A stretch of 64,000 bases of DNA. Source: Octopus sinensis. Taxonomy: Eukaryota. This document shows positions 1-12,757 of the stretch, one piece after another. A program made the translations under genes and the position numbers. The notes under the pieces were generated by a model. The model saw only the letters and a list, made by a program, of their open reading frames with translations, had not been told where the DNA came from and ran no database searches. Within the stretch, counting starts at the first letter, position 1, and every line of letters begins with the position of its first letter. The stretch covers positions 71,362,001-71,426,000 of the forward strand of contig NC_043006.1 in assembly GCF_006345805.1 (NCBI RefSeq), written 5' to 3'.

Positions 1-124
1 TTGATTATTAGTACTCTGCATTACACCAATCAAGAGTGTGTTGTAGTAATTTTTGAATAGTGGGTGATAGTAGTGGTAATAGAAGTCTATTATTTTTATG
101 GTGGTATCTATGTAAATATAACCT

Positions 125-500
125 AAACAAGAGCACTCAGAGAGTGCTAACCTCTACCAAAGCAACACCAACATCCTCTCAACAATTAGCTGGAGATGAT
201 TTTTAAAATGAGAATATCTGTAATAAACTCAACTGCTCTCACAAACGAGAACACTAAAAATGAACCTGACTGCTCTCAAAAATTAAATTTTAAAAAACTG
301 GAAAAATAATCCAGAATCCTTGTCTAGTACCAGATTGATTCTAAAATCTAATCAGCTCATGCCAGTCACCAAGCCAAACATCCCTGAATGTTTCATCTGA
401 ATCCATCCAGCAGTTCTTGAGATATCTTTTCCACAGACAAACAAACAAATAAACACAACTGCAAACAATACCTCTGCCTTCACTGAGGTGGAGGTAATAA
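125..500 (-). mobile_element. Helentron-associated (HINE/DINE-1-like) non-autonomous element
   Basis: - strand begins ttattacctccacc...ggcagaggt hairpin, then (gttt)n/gtct microsatellite; ends with sub-TIR ggtagaggt and hairpin agcactctctgagtgct. Confidence 0.55.
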
Positions 501-759
501 AAAAACTACCTGACTCACTAACGTCTCAGCTATTTCCACTGTTTACTGGTTTGGTGATGTTGAGGGAGAATTGTTGTGTTTGAAACAGTGTTCATTTGCA
601 GTACATGGTAGAATTAATGAATTCATGATGTAACTGAGAAACTTGTGGTGAGGGAACAGTGGAATGGATGCATGAGGGTGAACTGACCCAGTGAATAATA
701 TACTGTATTTGCTGCTGCATAAAATACACTCTTGCATAAGACATGTCCCTACTTTTTGG

Positions 760-930
760 TGCTGGTTAATGCAGTGCAGTCACCAAGCAGTTCTGAGTTC
801 AATCCCAGGCATGGCACTTAGGTGAATCACAAGACACCTGAAGAAGGCTGGTGCATACAACAGCTGAAACAGTGAAAACAACAAAAAGATGAGGACACCA
901 GTCCAAATTATGTAAACAATGTACACAAAT
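760..930 (+). mobile_element. Decayed tRNA-headed SINE with hammerhead-like body
   Basis: B-box-like gagttcaatcc, then CTGAAGA a ggctg...cagct GAAAC (838-870) and tail atgtaaacaatgtaca; similar to 53338-53540. Confidence 0.5.
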
Positions 931-1435
931 TTAATATAACTCTTTAGCTTGTTTCAGCTTTGAAGCTGTGGTCATGCTGGGACACCACCATTAATATGTT
1001 TCATCAGACACTCATACACTCGATATTCCATCCATATCATTGCTTTAGAAGTGTGGCAATTTGTTTTTTACATTTAAGAATATATTTTATATACTGGTAT
1101 TGCATTGCTAACATCAATTTTAGCTTTGTTGTTATTAATAGGAAAATGTATTTGTGCGTGGCAGATTGAAAAAACAAAAGTATATAATCCCAGGGCAACA
1201 TCAGTGAATTTGGTATTTTATCAGTGACTCATTATCACTTCAGGCTTGCCAGTGGAGTATTAGCACTAGTATATTGTACCAGCATGGTGTTGGAACTGTC
1301 AGTACTTTATCAGTGCCAGTGTATGATAATGCAAGATAATGGGAGATGTAAGATGGATTCATTTATATTTGTGAAAAATACTTTTAGTTGTTCATTTATT
1401 CTGAAACTTCTGCTATCAAATTGGTTATTTTGCAG

Positions 1436-1558
1436 GTGTTAAACGCTGTTTCACCGAGATGGGTGGCCGTGAAGATTTTGGTTACCGAGGCTATGATATG
1501 TACAGTGGAGCAGGTGGCTATGGGCCAGCAATTCCTGAAGCTATGCCTCCATATCCAA
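1436..1558 (+). CDS. RBM45: RBM45 internal coding exon (Gly/Tyr-rich linker VKRCFTEMGGREDFGYRGYDMYSGAGGYGPAIPEAMPPYP)
   Basis: ttattttgcag acceptor at 1434-1435, gtaagc donor at 1559; 123 nt, phase 1-1, joins next exon in frame. Upstream exons lie outside the window. Confidence 0.8.
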
Positions 1559-1665
1559 GTAAGCAGCTACTTTCTGATAAAAACTCTTTTATTCATTCAG
1601 TAGTATTACACAAATATTTGTTTTCTTATCGCAGTTTTTCTGCAATGTACCCCAATCTGTGAACA

Positions 1666-2104
1666 TTAACCCTTTTGTAATTAAATCAACCGGTCAAACT
1701 GGCCAGATCCGGCCTGTCACTCCTACCCAACAATAAACAGTCACATCATTGAAATCTGAGAGCTACAAGATATTGCATAATTAATTCAAAATAACATAAA
1801 TATATAAGCATGGCTCCTGTGCCAGTGACATGTAAAAAGCACCATTCGAGCATGGTCGATGCCAGTACCGCCTGACTGGCTCCCATGCCAGCGACACATA
1901 AAAAGCACCCACCACACTTAGAGTGGTTGGCATTAGAAAGGGCATCCAGCTGTAGAAATCTTGCCAGATCAGATTGGAGCCTGGTGCAGCCACCTGGCTT
2001 GCCAGTCCTCGGTCAAACCATCCAACCCATGCCAGCATGGAAAGTGGACGTTAAACAATGACGATGATATATTTGACTGAATAATCTGAATGCCAAAGGG
2101 TTAA
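1666..2104 (+). mobile_element. piggyBac-like MITE (TTAA-CCCT...AGGG-TTAA) interrupted by an RTE-tailed SINE at about 1808-2070
   Basis: ttaacccttt...aaagggttaa ends; same family at 8368-8586, 14440-14667, 34373-34600, 59883-60070. Confidence 0.7.
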
Positions 2105-2263
2105 GAGAAATTATTTTTCAAACCAGAGGACTGTGCTAAAACAGACAATGGAGCTTGTCACAGTCCTCTGGTTTGCCAGCTCTTATCAAATTGTCCAATC
2201 CATGCCAGCATAGAAAACAGATGTACGATGATGATGATGATTGTTGTTTGCTTATTGTTTCAG

Positions 2264-2461
2264 ATGCCAGTGGAGTTGGTGGCAACATGGGAGGATGTTC
2301 TTCTTCCGGTATGGGGCCATTAGATCCTATCCAGAACTACCCACACAATAACTACCAACGCCTTCATTTAACTGTGGCCCTTGGTCTCAGCCAATCTTAC
2401 CTCACACGTCTCCTCAATCTTGTACCAGGTCTCGAATACTGTGATCTCAATGAAAGCACTG
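2264..2461 (+). CDS. RBM45: RBM45 coding exon, start of RRM3 (...QRLHLTVALGLSQSYLTRLLNLVPGLEYCDLNEST)
   Basis: tgtttcag acceptor, g|gtaaat donor; 198 nt, phase 1-1; LVPGLEYCD motif typical of RBM45 RRM3. Confidence 0.9.
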
Positions 2462-2747
2462 GTAAATATTAAATTTTTACCTAATATTTGTACAACTAAC
2501 CTGCTTTTTGATGATGATGATCTTTCCTACTATAGGCACAAGGCCTGAAACTTTGGGGGATGGACTAGTCTTTTACATTGACCCCAGTTCTTGACTGGCA
2601 CTTATTGTATCAACCACAAAAGGACGAATGACAAAGTCGACCTTGGTGAAATTTGAACTCAGAATATGAAGATGGGAGAAATGCTACTAAGTGCTTTGCC
2701 CAGTGTGGCAATAATTCTATCAGCTCACCACTTTAATAATAATAATT

Positions 2748-2778
<31 letters not shown>

Positions 2779-3865
2779 TAATAACAATAATCCTTTCTAC
2801 TCTAGGCACAAGGCTTGGAATTTGTGGGGAAGGAGATAGTCAATCACATTGACCCTAGTACCCAACTGGTACTTATTTTATTGAGCCCAAAAAGATGAAA
2901 GGCAAAGCCGATCTTGGTGGAATTTGAACTCAGAATGTAACAACAGATGACATACCATTGAGCATTTTGCCCGGTGTGCTAATGATTCTGCCAGCTCAGT
3001 GCTTTAGATAATAATAATGATAATAATAGTCTCTAGTTTTGGCACAAGGCCAGCAATTTTGGGAAAGTGGGTAAGTTGATTACATTGACACCCCACACCA
3101 CAGTGTTCAACTTTTCCCAGCAATACTGTGCTGTGGGATTGAACCCTCAACTACAAGTTTACAGCATGAACATCTTAACCATTCAGACAAGAGTATTAAG
3201 CTAATATGAGTACCCAGAATGTATTTGTAAGTATTTCAAGTTATCCTGTCCTCTTTTCCATGCTTCTATGGGTCATACAGAATATATATATATAGTTTCT
3301 TTCTATACCCTGCTCAATTGAAAGGTCCTATCTTGTGGGTACTTGACAACCTCACTGGTGCTGGTGTCACATAAAATGCACACAGTACTCTCTGATAAGT
3401 TGTAGGTGTTAGGAAGGGTATCCAGCTAGATAAATCATGCTGAAGCAGATGCAGAACCTGTCAGAGACCTTCTGGCTTGTCCGTTCTTGTCAAACCATCC
3501 AACCCATGAAGGAGGGGACATTGAATGATGCTGATGAGCTTCTTTCAGTTTCTGTCAACCAAATCCATTCACAAGGCTTTGATTGGCCCAAGGCTATAGT
3601 AGAAGACAACAGGCCCAGTGTCATGCAATAGAACCGAACCTAAAACCATGTTGTTGAGAAACAAAGTCTTTACTGCAGAGCCAAACCCATGCGATATAAT
3701 CTTTGTATTAGCTGGATAAGATACACACACGTACACATAGACACACACACACACACATATATGTATATAGTAAAACACCAAACTGCAAGTGCTGTGTAGT
3801 GCTCACCTTGCCCTTACTGTTTGTAGCCAATTGAAGCAGGAAGAGTGTTGTTATTTCTGTTACAG

Positions 3866-4016
3866 GTGTTGCCTATGCCAGGTACTGTACTCCACAAGCA
3901 GCTGCTTATGCAAGAGACAAGCTGGAAGGTTTTGAGTACCCTATAGGTTCCAGGATACATGTCCGTTATGCAGACCAGCCATCAAATGTTGATATGCCCC
4001 TTGGTTATAGTGATAG
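3866..4016 (+). CDS. RBM45: RBM45 coding exon, rest of RRM3 (GVAYARYCTPQAAAYARDKLEGFEYPIGSRIHVRYADQ...)
   Basis: ctgttacag acceptor, ag|gtaagt donor; 151 nt, phase 1-2; AAYAxxKLxGFEYPxGxR is characteristic of RBM45. Not in the ORF track. Confidence 0.92.
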
Positions 4017-4414
4017 GTAAGTATTCCAGTTGTCACTATAGCAACAATGACAAGTCCATATCCAATGATAATTACCATAACAACAGTGACAGACCTAGTC
4101 TACTGCATCAGTTTCTTAAGCTACCGTAATTATGTCAACAACTAATACATATATGCATATGCGTGTATGTGTGTTTCTTCGTCTTTTATTTGTTTCAGTT
4201 ATTTGAGCGCAGCCATGCTGGGGCACTGCCTTGAAGCTTTCAGTTGAACAAATCAATCCTAGTATTTATTTTTTGAGCCTGCCAAAGATACCTTACAGTA
4301 GGACTGAACCCCAAAAAACCATGTGACTGCAAAGTTTCTGAACCACACAGCCATGTGTATGTTGCTCTAACCTGTTTAGCTAAAACTGAGTATTAGCCTT
4401 AAGAGGAGCACCAT

Positions 4415-4416
4415 AT

Positions 4417-4463
<47 letters not shown>

Positions 4464-4592
4464 TTATATATATATATATATAGATATATATATATATACA
4501 TACATATATATATATATATATACATATTACATACATACATATATATATATATACATATATACATACATACATATATATATATATATACATAT

Positions 4593-4657
<65 letters not shown>

Positions 4658-4721
4658 TAATAAATAAAATATATGCATACATACATATATGTACGTACCT
4701 ACATTTACATGTATATATACA

Positions 4722-4775
<54 letters not shown>

Positions 4776-4842
4776 GTTTAATAAATAAAATATATGCATA
4801 CATACATATATGTACGTACCTACATTTACATGTATATATACA

Positions 4843-4895
<53 letters not shown>

Positions 4896-4969
4896 TAATA
4901 AATAAAATATATGCATACATACATATATGTACGTACCTACATTTACATGTATATATACATGCATATATA

Positions 4970-5017
<48 letters not shown>

Positions 5018-5079
5018 TAATAAATAAAATATATGCATACATACATATATGTACGTACCTACATTTACATGTATATACA

Positions 5080-5131
<52 letters not shown>

Positions 5132-5198
5132 GTTTAATAAATAAAATATATGCATACATACATATATGTACGTACCTACATTTACATGTATATATACA

Positions 5199-5251
<53 letters not shown>

Positions 5252-5318
5252 TAATAAATAAAATATATGCATACATACATATATGTACGTACCTACATTT
5301 ACATGTATATATACATGC

Positions 5319-5369
<51 letters not shown>

Positions 5370-5433
5370 TAATAAATAAAATATATGCATACATACATAT
5401 ATGTACGTACCTACATTTACATGTATATATACA

Positions 5434-5472
<39 letters not shown>

Positions 5473-5556
5473 TAATAAATAAAATATATGCATACATACA
5501 TATATGTACGTACCTACATTTACATGTATATATACATGCATATATATATATATATA
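4415..5556. repeat. Compound satellite: 8 copies of a ~70-bp core separated by (TA)n tracts
   Basis: Core gtttaataaataaaatatatgcatacatacatatatgtacgtacctacatttacatgtatatatacatgc starts at 4655, 4776, 4893, 5015, 5132, 5249, 5367, 5470. Confidence 0.95.
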
Positions 5557-5995
5557 TGAGTACAGGACACCACGAATAGACGTAGAACTCAACGAGAAAC
5601 GAAAACATAAAAACAAACATGGAAACGGACTTTTTTTAACAACGAAAAAACAGAGTACAAGACAAACAATACAAGGAATATTCCCCTTCATCAGCTGTCC
5701 CTGGCTTGACTCCATGCGTGTTTCAAAGGTAAGGACAGAACATGACCCGTCAAACAAGTCCTTCCTGCAAAAGAATTAAATAAAATTCCTTTGCAGAGGG
5801 GTAAAAACAAGGAAAGAAAAAAAATGTGACAAGAACAGGACGTAATTCTCTGCAGATTGAAAAAACGAAGAGCAACGTTAATTGATTTTCAAACCTTATT
5901 GGGTTCTCATCAGAGGCATCTACATTATTCTGACAGTCTCCAGAGAGACAAGCAGCCAAACTGTTTATATGTTCAACAAATGCAGCAGTTACTCT
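5557..5995 (-). mobile_element. Dispersed non-autonomous repeat with hammerhead-like cores (related copy at about 28760-29170)
   Basis: Shared gtacaggaca...aaaaaacagagtacaagaca...caaggaatattccccttc...gtttcaaaggtaagga; - strand CTGATGA gaacc caataa ggttt GAAA at 5913-5887. Confidence 0.55.
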
Positions 5996-7203
5996 ATATA
6001 TATATAGTGGCTGTGTGGTAAGAAGCTTGCTTCCCAACCACATGGTTCCAGGTTCAGTTCCACTGTTTGGCACCTTGGGCAAGTGTCTTCTACTATAGCC
6101 TCCAAAGCCTTGTGAATAGATTTGGTGGAAAGAAGCCCATCATATATATATATATATATGTGTATCTATCCATGTGTGTGTGTGTCTGTATTTGTCTCCC
6201 CATCACCACTTGACAACCAGTGTTGGTGTTTATACATCTCCATAACTTAACAGTTCAGCAAAAGATACTGATAGAATAAGTCCTAGGGTCGATTCATTTG
6301 ACTAAAAAATTCAAGGCGGTGCCCCAGCATGACCTCAGTCAAATGACCGAAGCATGTAATATATATATATATATATATATATATATTTCGGTTTCCAGTT
6401 CAAAAGAAGCAATGCCCGATGACTTTGAAGAAAGAAGTCAAAGAGAAGTTTGAGAGTGAGTAAACTCTCAAAGAGGCATGAGTAAAACAAATTTTATTTT
6501 TTGGTCTAATGATTATAGATTATACACACACACACAAACATGTTTAATCTATAATCATTAATCCTATAGGATACCCTTTTCTGTTACTGTTGCTCTTGCA
6601 CAGGCCTTTATATGTATGTATGTATTTATATATATATATAAAAACAGTGCTGGTGACACATAAAAGCACCCACTACATTCTTGGAGTGGTTGGCATTAGG
6701 AAGGGCATCCAGCCGTAGGAACTAAGCCAAATCAAACTGGAGCCTTGGTACAGCTCTCTGGTTTATCAGTTCCACTCAAAACTTCTAACCCATGCCTGCA
6801 TGGAAAATAGATGGAGGATGAGGATGAGGCTGATGATGATCAACTACCTGTGTTGTTTTTCCTTATGTCTTGTCCTTATTTTGTGGGGAGAGGTTAGTTG
6901 ATTCCACCACTCCCAGGACTTTACTTAAAAGGATGAAAAATGAAGTCAGCCTTTTTGGAATTTGATCACAAAATATAGATTGAGGAAATGCCATTAAGGA
7001 TTTTGTCCAGCATGCTGATGGTTCTGCCAGCTCACCACTTTTAACCTGTTACTCATAATGATTACTAATGCTGTTACAGTATTTTATAAATCTCGTGTAA
7101 GGGGAAAAAAAAAAGACAGAACATAAAGGGAAGTAACTACACACTGAGTCCAGCACTCTTCTCTCTGTGACACCCTGTAATATTATGGTATTTTTATTAA
7201 CAG

Positions 7204-7270
7204 TTATATGGAGGGAGCAGTAGCCGGTTCTCCACTCTGGACATCAACACCAAAGGATACTTTCAAGAAG
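7204..7270 (+). CDS. RBM45: RBM45 short coding exon (SYMEGAVAGSPLWTSTPKDTFKK)
   Basis: tttttattaacag acceptor, aag|gtcagt donor; 67 nt, phase 2-0, exactly the phase bridge needed between exons ending at 4016 and starting at 8651; no stop codon. Confidence 0.8.
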
Positions 7271-8367
7271 GTCAGTTGCAACATCTCTCTTTATGTTCGT
7301 GTGTGTGTGTGTGTGTAGACATGCACAATTTATCTTACAAGGTTTGGTTGTTGGACCAAGGCCATGCTGGGACATCCCATCCTGAAAGGAATTGGCCATC
7401 ATATTAGCTTCCCAGTACTTATCATCAATCATTAGGGTTTTCACGTGGACACAACTTGCCACTGGTTTACTGTGCTAAGCATAAGCACAGACCTGCACAT
7501 GCACATATATATACACATTTGCTGCATACATACATAGGCACTCTGTTGGTTATGATGACAAGTGTTGCAGTTGATCAAATCAATGGAACAGCCTTCTTGT
7601 GAAATTAATGTGTAAGTGGCTGAGCACTCTATAGACATGCATACTCTTAACATAGTTCTCAGGGAGATTCTGTGTGACACTGAATGTGACAAGGCTGGGC
7701 CCTTTAAAATATGGGTACTACTCATCTTCGCCAGCTGAGTGGATTAGAGCAACGTGAAATAAAGTGTTTTGCTCCAGAACATTACACACTTCTGGGTAGT
7801 GATCCAATAACCCTCTGATTGTGAGCTGAAATATCCTAACCGCTAAATCATATACCCTCTCTCTGTCTCTGTCTGTCTGTCTCTCTCACTTTCTGTCAAC
7901 AAAATTCCACTTGCAAGGTATTGGTCAGTCCAAAGGCCAGAGTAGACACTTGCTCAATGTTGAACAGAGTGGGGTTGAACCCAGAGCTGTCTAGTTGTGA
8001 AGCAGACCTTAATCCTACAGCCATGCCTGAGCCTATTTACACATAAAGACACACACATACACCCCACCACAAACACATCTACATTGTGTCTTTCACTGTA
8101 TTCTTCCAATCTTTTGTTCTTCTGCCTCTCTTTAACTGTATAAGACTGGGCCATCTCTATCTGTCCACTATTTTTGTTATCAACAAACAAAACTGATCTC
8201 TTTAATTATGCTTTTCTTTGCTTAGGAAGATTCAGGCATTTTTTGCTTTTTACGGAACTGTCAATAATAACACATTTCTTCTTTTCATATTTTGTATAAA
8301 AAAAAAATTTTTTTAAATCCATTGTGTTTAATATACAATATCAGCAGGCTCTATCTATCCCAATGGC

Positions 8368-8586
8368 TTAACCCTTTAGCATTTAAAGTGGCCATATCCA
8401 GCCCACATATTCTACCCATTTTCTGTTCAAGCAGGCCAAGTCTGGCCTCTTACACCTACACTACAATGTCATTCTAAGGATAAACAATCATTGAAATCTC
8501 AAAGCTATGAGATAAGCCATGATTAATGCGAAACAATATGAATGTATACATATATTTGTCATGGTAATCTGAATGCTAAAGGATAA
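8368..8586 (+). mobile_element. piggyBac-like MITE, family 1
   Basis: ttaaccctttagcatt...aatgctaaaggataa termini. Confidence 0.65.
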
Positions 8587-8650
8587 ATATAATTATTATC
8601 CTGCCTTATTTCTCTTGACATATCCATTGATGGATTATTCTCTCTTTCAG

Positions 8651-8891
8651 GCTGCAATGGTTTTGGAGAAAGCGGGCATCAGCCCTGATCGTATTTTAGC
8701 AAAGGAGCCAGTTTTAGAGCGTGTCCGTTACTCTAACATTAGTCTGCCTCGTACGCAACCGTTAAGATCTGAAGACACACCCGTCAGTCAACGTCTGTTT
8801 ATAGTTTGTCAGCCTTCTGCTGTCCCAGAACTGATCCTACGTGACTGTTTCTGTCGATTTGGGGACCTCATTGATGTCTATTTGTTATCAG
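8651..8891 (+). CDS. RBM45: RBM45 coding exon, linker/oligomerisation region and RRM4 start (AAMVLEKAG...RLFIVCQP...LRDCFCRFGDLIDVYLLS)
   Basis: tctctctttcag acceptor, g|gtaaga donor; 241 nt, phase 0-1; RLFIV and DxFCRFGxLIDVY motifs of RBM45 RRM4. Confidence 0.92.
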
Positions 8892-10617
8892 GTAAGAGAA
8901 ACCTTTTTCAGTTATTCATAAATTGTGATGTAAGACAGTGGACAGGTGGAATCAGGAGAGTTCAAGAAAATGCGAGTTTTTAGTTATGATTGTTCACAAT
9001 GTGAGTTCCAATGTGCTGAGGTTAACATTGCCTCTCATCCATTAATGGTGGTGGCATGTAAAAAGCACTATGTGAACATAATCGATGCCCAGGCCACCTG
9101 ACTGGTTCCGATGCTGAAGGCACATCAAAAGCACCATCCAAACGTGGCTGATGCCAGTACCCTGTGACTGGCTCCTGTGCCGGTGGTACATAAAAAGCAC
9201 CCACTACACTTTCAGGGTGATTGGCTTTAGGATGAGCATCCAATTGTAGAAACATTGTCAGATCAGATTGGAGCCTGGTGCAGCCTCCTGTCTCTCCAGA
9301 CCTCAGTCAAACCGACTAACCCATACCAGCATGGAAAACAGACATTAAACGATGATAATGATGATGACGTCTTTTAAATGTAAGGAATATTTGTCCAGTT
9401 TTAATGTTTAACAAAACCAAGGTGGCAAACTGGCAGAACCATTACCATGCCAGGCAAAATGCTTAGTGGTATTTTGTCCATCTTTACATTCTGAGTTTAA
9501 ATTCTACCAAGGTTGACTTGGCCTTCATCCTTTCAGAGTCAATGAAGTAAGTACCAGTTGAGCACTGGGGTCAATGTAATGAACTTACCCCATCCCTCCC
9601 CACACAGTTGCTGGCCTTGTGCCAAAATTTGAATCCATATTTAATGAAACCAAGGTGGCTAGCTGGCAGAACCATTCGTACACCATGCAAAATGCTTTTG
9701 TTTGTTAATGACATTACTGAGAATTTATGTATGAAATGGAATACCATAATTAACCGAATTTGTATTACGATTTATATAAAATTGAAAATAGTGATCTGTC
9801 CTATAAGCTGACTTCATCAAAATTGCAATTACTCAGAAAATGTTATATACTTCCCTCCACACACACACATATTATAGGTGTCTAAATGAAGACTTGTTGT
9901 TAAACAGTCACTTACCATTATAATACAAACATGAATTAATAATCTGTTTATTGTACTGCTACTACAGTTATCTCTTCTATGAACTAATTATACACCAGGA
10001 GTGGGGAAACCCTGCCTGCAAGCCCATTCTATTTCACCCACGGGCTGGTATACTTGTATGTACAAAATATAGTAAATTTTCAATTATAAAATTTATACAA
10101 TATTCATATGCCTATTTGCAACATAGGAAATGTTTCCACTATGACTTAAAACGGTTAGACTTAAACAGAAACTTGTCTGATAATTGCCATTTAAACGGAA
10201 ATTTTGTTTTGTAAACCCCCCCCCCCAGACCCAACTACACTCTAGCTGAAAAATATAGAATACCACATAGGTAATATAAACGTCCTAAATTCAGTGGTAG
10301 CATTAATGAAGATGTTACGCATTAATTTAATGTGTTAAACTTATCTTTATTAATGTATATCAAATTATACATAGATATTAAGATCTACACAGATATAAGA
10401 GTAAGAACTTGTGATCTGCTCACAGACCTTTTCCTTTGTAAATTTTTGCTTGCCGCACTAAAAGGTTTTCCCACCTCAGTTATACACCCTCCTTGCAAGT
10501 CTTTCCTCATTCACATGAAGCACTTCACACATCTTTCCTCCCTATAACTACAACCTACTGAAATTTCCTTCCTGTTTTTTTTTTTTTTGTTTTCTTTTTC
10601 CACTTTTCTTTTTCTAG

Positions 10618-10793
10618 GCCGTAACTATGGTTACGCAAAATTTGCCTGCAAAGAAGCTGCTGGTCGAGCCATGCACACTCTCCACGGACAGAGTATTGCA
10701 GGACAACGCCTGAAAGTCCTGGAAGCTGAACCACCCAAAGGAGTTCCACCGACCAGTGAAGATGATGGACCATCGAAAAAGCAGAGACTTTAA
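10618..10793 (+). CDS. RBM45: RBM45 terminal coding exon (GRNYGYAKF...LHGQSIAGQRLKVLEAEPP...PSKKQRL*)
   Basis: Long polypyrimidine tract plus ctag acceptor; RNP1-like NYGYAKF; C-terminal basic KKQR like the RBM45 NLS; TAA at 10791-10793. Confidence 0.92.
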
Positions 10794-11789
10794 GGATAAT
10801 AAGCAAATGTATGCAAGTATTTGAGCTTTCTTTTCATCTCCTTTTCCCTTTCCTGAAGATGTGTGCTTGTTGTGTGTGTGTGTGTGTGTGTGTCTGTGTG
10901 TGCGTGTGCATACCTGTGCACGATTTTATTGGAACATAGCTATTGCTATAATCCTCAATTAAAAACACCATCTCACTCATTATGTTCACCACCATCATCC
11001 CCACCACCACCACCACCATCATCATCATCATTATCATCATCATCATCATCATTTCCTTTAAATCTAAAACCACTATGTCTGCTATTGCAGGCTGGAGTTG
11101 CCAAATACCAACAACATTTGTTAATTTTCCACTGTTGACAACTAAGGAATTAATTGGTTTGTGTGTTAATGAGGATATATTTTAACGAGCTAATCTCTCA
11201 AACATATATCACTGCTATGGTATATGAATGGGCTGTAAGGTCTAATGTTTGATGAAATTTTTTACATGGTATTTAAGGCTAAGCCCATCAGAAACGGGTG
11301 GTTTATTGAAAGGTCAGTTTTGTACATGGGCTAATTTCTCATTGGTGTTATTATACAGAAACGTCGGCCAGGTATATGGGCTAATTTCTTGCTGATATCA
11401 TTTTATGGAAAAGCCAGTCTGGTATGTTGGCTAACTTTGTGTTTGTATCAGTCTTAATATAAATTTTTACACTAATTTACATAGTCTAATTTCTCCCAGT
11501 TGTGTGTCACTTTAACAACATAGTGCTGTTGTTGTAGAATCTAGACACTGTTTTCATATTACCTACTGTGTATGTCACATTTGTTTTCCTTCCTAATTTT
11601 AAGTTGATAATCGGGTTGAGGCTAAGGCCCTGCCCCCTAACCTGTGTCCTACAATCTAATGCCTCCACTCTTGATATGTGTCTTGCAGAAGTTCTGCTTA
11701 CTCCTATTTATTTAACTAGACATTAAACAAAACAAATAGCTTCACCACTCCTATAGGCCATTTGTATAGTTTGATTGCTTTACTTTGAT

Positions 11790-12125
11790 TGTTTCACCTA
11801 GACTAATTGTTTTATCATCTATCTTACCCAAACTGATTGCCTTACCACGTCTCACTCGACTAATTGTCAAATCATGTCTCACTTGGACCGATTGCCTTAC
11901 TTGAGTGTCTCCCTTGGGCTGATTGCCTTACCCGATTGTCTCATTCGGACTGATTGCCTTACCCGATTGTCTCACTTGGACTGATTGCGTTTTCTGACTG
12001 TCTCACCTGAACTGATTGCCTTACCTCGTTGTCTCACCTGAACTGATTGCCTTACCTCATTGTCTCACCTGGACTGATTGTCTTACCTGGATTGATTGCC
12101 TTACCTGACTGTCTTAATTTGACTG
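11790..12125. repeat. 31-bp minisatellite downstream of the RBM45 stop (probable 3' UTR)
   Basis: Unit ctgattgccttacccgattgtctcacttgga, built of two ~15-bp subrepeats. Confidence 0.85.
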
Positions 12126-12751
12126 CCAATACAGACAGTATTTTCCCTATCTCTCTCTCAATGGCCCTATCTTTCAAAGCCATACCTTCTACCTCACTGT
12201 AATGTCTGCTGTCACAATCATCCTTGGCTTTCACTTTAGTATTCAGAGATTAGTGTAGGAAGTAAAGAAGGCCAGCTATCCTTCCGTCCATCTGTTTTAT
12301 CACCCATCCTTCCACAAAACCAGTTGTTCCAAGAAATAAGCCATCTGACAAAAATAGATATGATGGTTACATAAAGGTCTCCAAATCCCTGGTGTGTTCT
12401 TGAAGACTTCCTGCTCAGAGCCAGTGTAATACACCCTATGGTTAAGGAGTTCTCTTCACAACTAGGTGACTTTGGGTTCTATTCCACTAAATGGCACCTT
12501 GGGCAAGTGTCTTACACTATAATCTTGGCTCCACTAATAACTTGTTGGAGAGACACTTCATGTTCTTGGGTGATAAACTTTGTCTGTCACTGTATTTAAC
12601 ACAACCACTGGCCTTTGTGTCTCTTCAGCAGAGTCCAGTCTCCTAGTATTTGAGCCAGGTATCTGGTATGAGAATAACTGCCCTTCTTCCTGCTAATCTG
12701 GAAGGTCCTGAAAAGGGTCAAGAGCATTGCGCTTTCTTGTCTAAGCTATTA

Positions 12752-12757
12752 AAATAA
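12752..12757 (+). promoter_or_regulatory. Candidate proximal polyadenylation signal of RBM45 (others at 13311, 13511, 21148, 21164)
   Basis: AATAAA hexamers downstream of the stop at 10793; usage cannot be determined from sequence. Confidence 0.3.

Noticed and set aside
4655-5556. CRISPR-like repeat/spacer layout
   Set aside because: Spacers are only (TA)n, repeats are ~70 bp, the context is a eukaryotic intron, and there are no cas genes.
4399-5620. Overlapping ORFs up to 303 aa rich in Y/I
   Set aside because: Translations of (TA)n satellite DNA.
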